Assembly (NCBI RefSeq): GCF_000143415.4
Contig: NW_003314356.1
Coordinates: forward strand, 558,001-622,000
Direction of reading: 5' to 3'
DNA: 64,000 nucleotides
DNA from: Selaginella moellendorffii
Lineage: Eukaryota > Plantae > Lycopodiophyta
In this document: in pieces, positions 10,684-22,100 of the stretch
Numbering within the stretch: the first letter of the stretch is position 1
Layout: every line of letters begins with the position of its first letter
Notes under the pieces: generated by a model
Database searches by the model: none
Seen by the model: the letters and a program-made list of their open reading frames with translations, nothing else
Told to the model about the DNA's origin: nothing
Made by a program: the position numbers and the translations under genes

Positions 10684-11592
10684 ATGGAGACGAGGCAGAA
10701 GAGTCGCGAGGCGCGATTCGGATGGAAGAGCTACGCTCTTGCGGCGCTCGTCGCTGGAGTTGCTGTAAGCGATGTGATTCCTCGGCTGATCGATCGACGT
10801 TTGGTGTTCTCTTGACAGGCGACCAAGTTCCGGAGACTCAGACGGCCCTCTTCGTTTAACCAGGTATTGCTCGGGGAGCTTTTGTTTTTTCCTTTCTTAT
10901 TCAGCTAGTCTCTGGGTTTTTTACAAGGAAGCCAAATGGTACGCACCGGATGAGTCGGATCTCCGGCAGAGTCATTTGGATGAGCTAGAACGGAGAGTAA
11001 GAAGCTCGCCTTTCCTTCTTTCTGTGAGGGCTTTCTTACACCTTTTCCTTCAGGAGCGTGTTGCTCGAATGCAGGGTGCCTACGACAGTTTGAAGTCTAG
11101 CTACAGGAATGTCCGCACGGCTAGATATCAGAAGTGGGAAGAGCATCCCCAACGGAATGAGGAGAAAGTTGATGAGGCCAAAACTAAAGAGCAAGCTGCT
11201 TCCAAGCTTAAAGAACGATCCAGGCTGCGGCACCACTACGCAGTGCTCGGCCTTGACCCGTAAGTTCATGTCTAGCTTGAGATTCTTTCACATTGACGAC
11301 TCGTTTCTATATATCCAGATTTAGAGACGAAGCATTTTCTGAAGAGGAAATCAAGGTGAGACAAGTACTTTACGCGCTAAAAGCTAACCTTGTTTGGTTT
11401 GTCTCAAGATGGCCTTCCGAGAGCGAGCTTTGCAATTCCATCCAGACAAAAACCCCGACAAAGGTAAGAAAGAACTTCTTGGTAGATTAAATGTGACGAG
11501 TTCACTTTTGTACAGTCGAGGAGATGAGAGGAAAATTTAGAGAGCTGGTAGACTCTTACAAAACAATTAAATCCGAGAAGAAGATTATTTGA
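10684..11592 (+). CDS. DnaJ-domain protein with a C-terminal J domain and an N-terminal hydrophobic segment
   Basis: METRQKSREARFGWKSYALAALVAGVA..., HHYAVLGLDP, AFRERALQFHPDKNPD (HPD motif), FRELVDSYKTI. Stop at 11590-11592. Confidence 0.8.
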
Positions 11593-11893
11593 TGCCAAAG
11601 GTTCTTCTTCTCTTTGTTTTTAATTGACCAAGTTTTGTCCTCCTTTTGCCATTTTTTCCTCGTGAAGTATTTGACCAGGTTATTCAAACAGGCAAAGAAA
11701 AATGCTGTGGGCAAGCTGCTTACATAATCCACTGAAGAGAGCAAGTTAGGTTTCAAAGATGGCGGTGACTTGGTAAGTATTCTCCTGGCGGAGTTTTATT
11801 ATGAAGTTGATTCTTCTTCACATGCCGCAATCGAACATTTACAGGGTGAACGTTTTGTCTACGAATTTCAATTTGGAATCTTTTACTATTTGG

Positions 11894-14627
11894 CTACCTG
11901 GACTTGAGGTGCAGAGCTTCTCTTGTTTTGCCGAGCATGCTCAAGGCTGTGGCAGCAATGTGCGAGGATGTGAGTCCAGCCTCTGCCATTTGGTCCTGAG
12001 GTGATCCGTGGTCAATGTAACGGTCTGGAAGTACAATAGGCCTCCACTGCAAAGTCACAGAGTCACTTCGTAAGCTTTCCATAATTTTCGAAGCCAGCGT
12101 TACTTACTTTGAGCTTTCCATCCAAAAGACCGTCGAGCGCTAAGAAGTGAACAACATGAGATCCAAAACCACCAATCGATCCTTCTTCCACGGTGATGAG
12201 AACTTCGTGCTCCTTTGCGAGCTGCCTTACTAGCTGCTGGTCCAGAGGCTTGCAGAATCGGGCGTCTGCAACTGTGACAGATAAGCCGTGTTCTTGAAGC
12301 AGGTTACGGGCCCCCAGGCAGTTTTGTACCATGGTTCCGTAGCCCAGGAGAGCAACGCGGGATCCTTCAACCAGTATCCTTCCTTTTCCAATCTGGCGTA
12401 AACCTCAGAGGTCAGTTGGATGCTCTCGACTTGGATTTGCGGCTTACCTCAACCGGTGTTCCTTTGTTTCCAGCCGGAAGTAACGCTCCAATACCGTTCC
12501 CGCGAGGATATCTGAAGCACGATGGTCTGTCGTCGATGGCCGCTGCTGTAGCAATCATATGCATGAGTTCGGCTTCGTCAGCGGGTGCCATGACCACCAT
12601 GTTTGGAAGGCAAGCCATGTAAGTGACATCAAATGCACCGCAATGTGTCGGTCCGTCTGCTCCAACGAGTCCTGCCCTGTCCATTGCAAATCTGACTGGG
12701 AGTTTTTGAAGGTCGACGTCGTGAACCACCTGCAAACCAAGTTGTTAGATGGCTGGTCCATAAACTCGTCTGTAAGCACGCACCTGGTCGTATCCTCTTT
12801 GGAGGAATGAAGAGTAAATTGCGCAGAAAGGCTTGATTCCTTCGCTCGCAAGTCCAGCGGCAAAAGTTACTGCATGCTGCTCTGCAATGCCAACATCAAA
12901 GCATCGCTCTGGAAACTGCTTCTGGAAGATGTTGAGGCCCGTGCCTCCACCCATTGCTGCGTGGATTGCTACGATGCTCTCGTCCTTCTGTGCCTCTGCA
13001 ACAAGGGACTCTGCAAAGTATGTGGTGTATGCCTTGGTTGCTGGCTTTCCTTTTTGCTGCTTGCCAGTTGCAGGATCAAACTTGACAACTCCTGGAGGGT
13101 AACTCCTGTGTGTAAGTTCTCCATCGATGCAATCCTTTAGCTTCAAAACTCACCGTGATACTTGTCTGCAGCTCTCTCTGCGTAAGGATAGCCGCGCCCC
13201 TTCTCAGTGACAACGTGAATCAGGACCGGTCCAATTGTCTCAGCTGCCTTGACCTCTTTGAGGATGGCGATAAGATCGTCAATCCTGTGCCCGTCAACGG
13301 GACCGATGTAGTACAGTCCGAGTTCTTCAAAGAAAGTAGCTCCGGTACCACTGATCATTCCGCGAGCATATTCATCGACCTTGGCAGCAAGCTGGTGCAT
13401 GTGTCCTCCGATTTGCTTGGTAACTCCCTGGTAAGGCGTAGGCGGTTTTCTTAGAAGTTAGATTCTGATTTTCGTACCTTTGCCACTTCGCGCAGCTCTC
13501 GAAGCTTTTTGCTCGACTGTAGCCTGCTCAGAGCACTGCTGAGAGCTCCAACTGGTGGAGCCGGGCCGTCCAGAGTTGCTGTTGGTAGTGAGACTTGCTT
13601 GTTGTCGTTAAGAATGACAATCAAGTTTGTGTCCAGGTATCCCGCATTGTTCATCGCTTCGTATGCTTGTCCGGCCGTCATGGCGCCGTCTCCAATGACT
13701 GCAATGACGTTGTTCTTCTTGCCTTGGAGGTCTCTTGCAACAGCCATTCCTGCAACGCGTAAAGGTCTCCAATTAGTTTTCGTTCCATCTTTCTAAAATT
13801 GAAGTTTTGACTCTACCCAGGCCAGCGGAGATCGTTGTCGAGCTGTGTCCGGCACCAAATGGATCATATTCGCTTTCGGAACGCTTGGTGAAGCCACAAA
13901 TGCCGTCGGTCTGCCGCAACGTGTGCATTCTGGACCTCCGTCCCGTGAGAATTTTGTGAGGATACGTCTGCAACCGCACCGCACTCGAGCGTGTCAGTCA
14001 GATATTGCTGCATAGTGAAGGGACTTTTCGGATTCGCACCTGGTGGCCGACATCCCACAGAATTTTATCTTCCGGCGTGTTGAACACATGGTGGAGCGCG
14101 ACAGTGAGCTCCACTACTCCCAGGCTGGATCCCAAGTGGCCGCCAGTCTTGGAAACAGAGAAGATGGTCTCATTCCGAAGCTCCTCAGCCAGCTGCTCCA
14201 GGTCCTGCTTGCCGGAAGACACATCTCATTAGCTGGCTGCAGGAAAAACAGATCGCGACTTACAGAAACTCCCAAGTTTTTCATGTGAAGTGGATAGTTG
14301 ATGGTGTCCAGCAGTGGCGTCGGAGGCTTCTCGGAGAAGTATTCAGGTGCCTCGGACAGCGCTGAAGCTCGAACCACGACGTTACTCTGCTTCAAGGGGG
14401 AGCACGATCACGTCAGTCAGATGCAGATGCAGATGAGCAAAAGGGACGAGTACCTGAGAAAGCGGAGCAGTTTTAGCAAGCTTGGCTGCAGAGCCAAACT
14501 CTCGGATGCTTCCGGAAACATTGGACTTGAATGCCAAAGCCACAGAGCTGCTGCAAGCAGGAGAATTGAGCGAGTCTCGGCTAAGCTTGGCCGATACTTG
14601 CTGGGAGCAGATGGAAGCGCAAGCCAT
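11894..14627 (-). CDS. DXS: 1-deoxy-D-xylulose-5-phosphate synthase
   Basis: [44 protein letters not shown] (ThDP motif), [15 protein letters not shown] and [13 protein letters not shown]. Confidence 0.98.
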
Positions 14628-15297
14628 TTCGTTAAGCCGACAGAGTCCGAGAGAGAGAGTTGACACTGAGTCTTGGGAGAAGTGGAAGTGGGGGGACCTC
14701 TTTTATATTCAGCGATACCGCTAGGATTCTTCGAGGAAAACGAACAAGTGACTACAGTTAAATGGAGCAACAGACGGTCTAGTCGAGGGGAGGACCGGGC
14801 GCAATGAAACGAAGTGGCGGACTTGGTGCAGTCAATCCAATCCAAATCCTTTGGACGGTTGCAGCGAGAGAATGCTTCTTCCACTCACAGGAACATAAAC
14901 ACCAGCAAGAGGGGCGGCGATGGAACAAATCTCTTTCTTCCTGTTGGATACGTGGTAACGCGAGAGACAACAAAAGGAGCTTTTTGTTACTAGTGCTCGT
15001 CGCGTTGTCGAGATGTGAGCGGCAGGCACTAGACTAAACAATGGAGATAAAAGACTCGGGGCACAGCTCATGGCGACACGCATATAATTTATATTCGGAA
15101 GAAAGACGAGACACAACAGATGTTCTTCGATAGACTGGGGAGTTAACGCACGGTCGCCCATCCAAGAAAAAGGGAGAATATTGCGTGCTCCGTGTGTAGA
15201 TGGCTTTGCAATGCGACTGAGTCGAGTCGGCTCATAATTCAATCGCTACTGATCGTTCAACGCAGGCCTACTGCACTGCACTGGTTGGTTGGTTGGC

Positions 15298-15696
15298 GGA
15301 TGATTTTCGCGGGTGGTGGTGTTCTAAGCTTTGAATTTCTTGCATCGAGGACGAGCTACAACTCAACCTTCACATCAGAGAAAGAGAGGTTTCCAAGTCT
15401 TGAGCCACGTCTCTTATCCTTCACGGTCCATGCATGGAACACCTTTTCGATAGAGCCAACCAAGAATGTTTTCCATGCGCCAAAGACTGTCCACGAGTAT
15501 TAAGTGGCCATGTCTAAAGGGATGATTTTCGAGGGTGGTGGCCCTCTAAGCTTGGATTTCTTGCATTGAAGACGAGCTACGCGAACAGGAGCTAGTCTTC
15601 TTTTTGATAAACAGAGCTTATAAACCAAAAACGTTTTCAAAGACTGTCCACGAGAATACAGATAAACTAGAAAAGAAAAATACGTAAGTGGCCATG
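15298..15696 (+). repeat. Degenerate ~200-bp tandem duplication
   Basis: GGATGATTTTCG..GGTGGTGG..CTAAGCTT..ATTTCTTGCAT..GACGAGCTAC occurs at 15298-15359 and 15520-15580. CAAAGACTGTCCACGAG...TAAGTGGCCATG occurs at 15481-15512 and 15638-15696. Confidence 0.8.
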
Positions 15697-16486
15697 GCGG
15701 CCTTCCTCGCTCGATGCTTGGACAGCACCAGGTGAGCCGTGAGGTTTGAGCCCAGACGGGAATGACTCAACGCATTGTGAGTCAGATCAGCGAGGAGCCT
15801 GGCGGATGAAGTTCGCATCGTGTTGACGAGGAACAAGCTTGGTCGGCGAGCAGTCCACCACATCCTCACGGCTTCCGAAAGAAAAGTGAGTCTTCTATCG
15901 GGTCTCCTCCTGGGGCCGAAACAAACTACTGAATGTTTTCGAAGGCCTTCGAGATTGCAAAGAGAAATGCTCACCTGGTGCGCTCGGCTGGAGCTCGCAA
16001 GCAGCCCTTGGCCGACACTTACTACAAGTACTGCCAAGCACTCCAGTGGCCTTACATTTTCATCCATCGGGTAACACTCGTGTCGTCGCCATTGCCACTC
16101 CTCCAGTTGTTTTGTCGCAGGACAGCATTGGTGGGGATAACCTGGTTGTCGTCGACTTGAGGACTTTGGGACTGTCCGACGGCCGCCTGGAACAACTAGT
16201 TACCTTGGTGGTCGCAACTCTGGGGCCTCTAAATGACGAGTGCTGGCATCAAACACTACAAACTGCATCTGAGATATTTGTTGGCTTGCCTACAAAAGAA
16301 CCGGATGACAAGCCGTTAGAATCTGGCAATGAAGATCAAGTCATACCCAGTTTGAGGGGAATGTTGCGCTTCCAGGGGACCTTTGGCGAGACGAAAAATA
16401 TGTGCCGAGCATCACTGGACATCTGCCATTCGTTTCTGGTAGACAATGGCATCGAACTCACAAAGCCATGGTGGACAGTAGACTGA
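15694..16486 (+). CDS. Uncharacterised 209-aa protein, 4 exons (15694-15731, 15786-15885, 15945-16070, 16121-16486)
   Basis: Three introns of 54, 59 and 50 nt with GT-AG ends join into one open frame: MAAFLARCLDSTRSARSLADEVRIVL...HILTASERKAFEIAKRNAHL...PLADTYYKYCQALQWPYIFIHRDSIGGDNLVVVDLRTL... Confidence 0.7.
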
Positions 16487-16562
16487 AAACCAAGAGAAAA
16501 GGATGGCCGAGGGGGTAGCAACAAGTTTTAAGCAGGAAAAGAAGGTACAGCTCACGTTCTAC

Positions 16563-19020
16563 CTAGTTATCAGACCTTTCATCCTGATACGGGGCAAACA
16601 AAATTGACGAGTTGTGTCCCCCAAATCCAAAAGAGTTCGAGAGCGCAACTTTCACATCAAATCGTTGCTTTTGGCTTCCCACAATGTAGTCCATATTCTG
16701 CAGCGAAATTCTTTCAGGCCAAACAAAACATGGAAAGCAAATGACGGACGAAAACGCACCACATCTTTCTCCGGATTCTCGATGTTTATGGTGGGATGCA
16801 GCCAACCTGTTTTGATAGCCTGCATTGCGGTTGCGTGTCAGAAGGAATACGCAACACACTGCTTTTGAAAAGAGCACCTGGATAGTGGCTATGGCATCTA
16901 CCGCTCCTGCAGCTCCTAAAAGGTGACCCATCATCGATTTCGTTGAATTGACTCTCAACTGCAACCGCAAGATCTCATGACACGTCCAGATGAGTCATTC
17001 AAATAAATACCTCAGTGTTGTCGCCAAGGGACTGCATTATGGCTTTGTACTCTTGAACATCTCCAGACCTTGTCGACGCGGCATGAGCATTAACATAGTT
17101 GACATCGTCCCGTCTCACGCCGGATTGGTCCAGCGCCTTTTCAATGCAAAGAAGCATTCCAGTGCCTAAAGACAGGAAGAAAAATGTCACTCTTTTCTTT
17201 CCACGAACCTTTGAATTTACCTTCCGGATGAGCTGCAGTCACATGATACGCATCACATGTAAGGCTTCCGCCGAGAAATTCAGCATAGATTTCTGCTCCT
17301 CGTCTCTGGGAAAACTCCAATCATGTTCTGGAAAGAGGCTTTGCATTGTCACCAACCTTTGCATGCTCCAGTTCCTCCAGAACAAGGGCGCCTGCACCTT
17401 CTCCAAGAACAAAGCCATCCCGATCCTGGACAATGAAACTCAGATAAGTGTCCTACACGAGACAGAGCGAGAAAGTTACCCGATCCCAGGGACGTGACGC
17501 TTTACTGGGATCGTCATTTCGCTGTGACAGTGCTCTGCAAGCGACAAATCCTCCAAGACCTGAGGAAGGTGTCAAGACATCAGCACAATTCAGCGCACGT
17601 AATACCAATTGGAATGATCGCCGCATCCGACCCGCCGGAGACCATGACGTCCTGAGTAAAGAAAAGATAAGCAGACGAGCGACAAACTTCAACGCCAAAG
17701 GTGCTTACCGCTTCCCCTCGAATGATGTGGTTTGCAGCACTTAATATACACGAATTGCTGGTAGCACACGCCGTCGAGATTGCATAGTTTGGACCCATCC
17801 ATCCCTGTGCGGTTTTCAAAAGCCACATTAGTCAACGACGCAACGTCACAGTTACCAGATCCATGGCCAGCATTGCTGAACCCATGTTAGTCGTAGCAAA
17901 TGGGACACAGAACGGGTTCATCTTGCGGTACGAGACCCTCAAAGCTTCGATGGCATCGTTAAAGACCTGGAATTTTCGGATATCCATCAAGTCCAAACAA
18001 ACAAATGCATCCAAAGGCAGGAATATGTGAGGGATGTACCTGCATGCCGCCCATGGCGGACCCCATGAGAACTCCACACTTGCTCTTGTCAAGCTCCACT
18101 GAGCCATCGCCAGCGATTCCAGCATTGGCCACCGCTTTTTTGCCAGCGGTAAGGAGGTAAAGCATGAACTTGTCCATGCGTCTCGAAAACTTTGGAGCAA
18201 CCCAGCCATCAGCAGAGAAGTCCTTGATCTCTCCAGCAATCCGCTGCAAAGAAAGAAAACGAAGAAACTCTTAATTGACAAAGTCTCCGGAAGTGTCTGC
18301 CTACCGTGGGAAACTCCTGGCAGTCGAAGTTTTGGATCTCCGAGATCCCGCTGTTTCCTTCAAGCAGGTTGTCGTAGAAGGTATCTGGATCATTACCAAG
18401 AGAGGAAACAAGACCCATTCCTGTGATCACAACCCTTCTGTCTCGAACGGAGGTGCTGCTCCTACTCTCCTCGCCCGCATCCTTTTCGGGAGCCACGAGT
18501 CGATCTAGAAAACAGAGAAGAATCCGGCTATGAGAAAAAAAAAACACGAAAACAAAAGAAGATTCCTATGCATGCATCAGCATGCAAGCGCTGCATGCCC
18601 CAGCAAAAGAAGAGCTAGAAGGAATCGAAGAACACCAATTCTACCTGTGATCGCAGCGGCGCATCTCGTCTTGCTTGCCCTCTTTCGCTGAGGGGAGCCA
18701 AGAATCCGCGCTTCTTCCTCCCACAAGAACGATGACCACTTGGCATTGCGATAGTGAGGGCAAGCCTCGAAAGAGAGGCACGCGACCATGCTGCTCCCCA
18801 TGGTCCCCGCCGCTGCCACAATCCGCTGGTGCAGCATGGCGGCGCTGCGAGATCTGGCGCTCCGCCTCCCGGATCTCCTGCTGCTGCTCACCCTGCCTGT
18901 CAAGCCTGCATTGGCGCCCGGCTGCTGCTCCATTCCAGAGATCCCCGCCATTGTTCTTGTGTAGCATGCCGCGAGCAGCCAGCTACACAGCGGCGCGGAG
19001 ACGGTGAGAGGAGTGCTCAT
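16563..19020 (-). CDS. KAS2: Plastid 3-ketoacyl-ACP synthase II
   Basis: [11 protein letters not shown] leader typical of KAS II, then [18 protein letters not shown] (catalytic Cys), [15 protein letters not shown] and [14 protein letters not shown]. Confidence 0.93.
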
Positions 19021-19176
19021 CGCGCCCCCTTCGCCGCGGGTTTAGGGTTTAAAGAGCGAGGGAGCCATGTATAAAAGCTTTCACTGGATTGCGATGGTCC
19101 GCCACGTCACTAGTTCCACGTCGGCACTTCCAGGTCATCCGGTTTTAGGGTTCTTGGGGGCTTTGGCGACAAGCCA
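19021..19176. promoter_or_regulatory. 156-bp bidirectional spacer between KAS II and DNA-PKcs
   Basis: Contains two telo-box-like TTAGGGTT, TATAAAAG, two CCACGTC elements and CTT-N7-AAG at 19161-19173. Confidence 0.55.
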
Positions 19177-22100
19177 ATGGATTCCAAGGTCTCGCAGTAC
19201 TTGGCGACACTCAACAGCGAGGCAGAGGAAGCTCTCAAGGGATCCGAGACGGATTTAGGCGTGACCGTCGACGATCTATCGGGCTTTTGCAGTCAGCTGG
19301 TGTCCGATGAGGATTTCGCCTTCGCCGCCTCCGCCGTCTTCGACAGGGATACAGGGATTTTCTGCGTCGTCGACAGGCTCAGGATTTCTCGGGAGAGGAG
19401 CGTCCACAAGGCGCGGGAGAAGTGCCTGGTGTTTCTGGGGGAATTTGTGCGAAGTGTCGGCCCGGAGCGAGCCTCCTTGTATTGTTCCTTGATCAAGGTA
19501 CGACTTTTGGAATGCAGGCCACTCTCATCTTGTGTTTTTGTCTTCCAGGAGAATGCGCTGAGAATACTTCGCATTGACGAGACGCGATCGGTGCAAGCAG
19601 CTGCGCTGGCTCCGATCATTTCCTTGTTTGAGATCGGGGTTCTTCGGGCTGGCAACGCTACGAGCGACGGATTGATGGACTGGAAAGTTGCTGAAATGCT
19701 GCTAGCGGAGTTTCGGAAAGCTAAAACTTCTGGTTCTTGTAAGTGGGAACACTTACACCTTGTTTGCTTTTGCTCACTCGTCTTGATTGGTGATCTTTGC
19801 AGTGAGAGCAAATATACTCATCACACTTGGCTACTCAATCGAGCTCTTTCCATCTCTTTATGATGATGGCAATGTGAGCACTGTTCTCCGCCTTTGTTTA
19901 AATACCCTGGAAGAACAGCTTAAGCAGTCCGGGAAAGATGTCACCTTCGTGCTCATTGCAGGTGCCGTCAAGTGCCTTGATTCGTTGCTTCAGTGGTTCG
20001 ATGACACAGTGCCGGCTGGTGGTACGCAACTTAATTCTGTCGAGCATTACAATACGTTCTTGTCTCTGACTTCCTTTCTAGGAACTATTGAGAATTCGAA
20101 GAGAGCGTATGCTTATCTGGAGCAAGTTCTCTACTACAGGGAAGACATGAAACGATACGAAATGATTCGAGGTAACTTGGTCATTACTAGGTGCTGTGGT
20201 AGCCATGGCATTTTGCAGCTGGATTACGGCTTCTCGCAAGACATGCATGGCGTTTTCGACTTGCGCTTTTCAAGAACAGTGGAGATTTATTGAAGTGGCT
20301 GCAAATATATTGGTATGTTGCATTCTCTCTTTTCTTTGTTAACATTTTCGTTTCTACTAGCCTACATGGCAATGCTAGTTTAAGATCGGCAGCCTTACCT
20401 GCATACGACCAGTTTGTATCACAGGTCTTGATTTTGCTCCCTTTTCCTCTCAATGACGACGCTTTGCAGATCTCGAGCTGCTTGATCTCTGATGATCGCC
20501 GAATAGAAGATCCGGACCGAACCTACAAGGTTATTCGTAACTTGCGTTTCCGATCACGGCTTTGATGAGCTTTTCCTGCAGGCATTAATGAAGCACATGC
20601 TTGACACACTTGAGTCCAGGCAAGATAACCCGAAGCTTGTATCGCTGGCTATTCGGGGCATCGGAAAGCTTGCAGGACCTATCGTAAAATATTCTGGGAA
20701 ATCTGATCTTGAGAAAGCCTTTCAAAGACTAGTCCCTTTTGTTGGAAGTTTCTCCAGGTTTATGCATTGTCTATCTCTTTTATGTTTGTCTAATGTCATC
20801 TATCTTTATGCAGAGGTGGTGATAGTCATGAAGAATTAGGATACGCGGTGACCGTAGTAGGTGCATTTGCGAATATCGTTGTATATATTGACCGGGTGGA
20901 AGATTTCATGGTTTCATTGATTACCGAGGTGGGTTTGTTTTGGTAATATGGTCATTCTTTATGGCCTTTTCTTCTTGTTTTGTGCAGGTTACTGGTCGTA
21001 TATTTTTCCAGTACCCTTCCTTATTTCCTAAGCAACGGGTGGCAATTCATAGCACCATCAGCAGTCTTTTAAAGGCTTTGTATCCGAAGGGGAATCTTTT
21101 TGTCATGTTCCTGATGAATGTTGGTGAGTACGCTGTGTAAAAGTTGACGTGAATCGACTTGTGTTTTTATCCTTGCAGTATGGTCTTCTCTTGATCGTGC
21201 AACAGATACGGATCCGGCGTCAGATTTCTTGTGGAAGAGCTATTGTGACCTTTGGTGCCAGATCCTGACGAACATTTCCGAGCCATCACATACGGAAAAC
21301 TTACAAGATGATGATGGCATTGTGGGCGTCGATCTCGCGGTGTTAAGCGTGAATGTTTCCGATCTTAAAACTACAATTTTCGACTCGTTAATCCGTAGTA
21401 TTATGAAGCTGATGATGGAGCTCAACTTAAAGTATAGGGTCAAAGACCTGAACAAGGCAAATAGCTCGGAATTTTCAGGTACGCATGGTTGCCCGGCATT
21501 TCCTCAAAACTTATTGAGTAACAGGACAAGAGCCGGAAGCTGAAGCTCCTATAGAACCGTTGGACAAAAATCAGATGCTGAAATATCTGAACTTGGTATT
21601 GAACTACCTGGGAGGTTCTTTTGTCCCGCTGACTCTTGTTTCTTATTTCTTTGTAGGTGGATTTTGTTCTTCGTCTGTTCGCAAGGTATTTACTTACTTC
21701 CTCTGATTTCCTGGCGTTTTATCTTTTTCTTATAGTGACCATGCGTCTTTGATGGAAAAGTGGATTTTTCCGTTCTGTCGATGTTTGATCGATCTCTCAA
21801 GGAAATATCCTCTTATAAGCGGATTCTACAAGCTTTTGGCTGCTGTGATTAGTATTGGTGATCAGAAAGGCTACTTCGAGAAAGACCAGGTACCGCTAAA
21901 TCTCTTTTCTGGGCTTTATTCTCAGGTTATTTTCTGTGCAGTCTTCTCATGTAATGATCCAAGAATTTTTACACGAGGTCCTAATCACTAGCAGGCGCTA
22001 TAAACTCGAGCTTCTTGGTTCTTGTCTTCATCTATGTCTCTCGTGCCCTCCGACCCTTCTAGATCTGGCATCAATAGTAAGGCCCTTGAAGCTGGCATTA

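Noticed and set aside
11894-19020. DXS plus KAS II as a biosynthetic gene cluster
   Set aside because: Both are primary-metabolism enzymes in different pathways, with no tailoring enzymes nearby; adjacency is explained by gene density.
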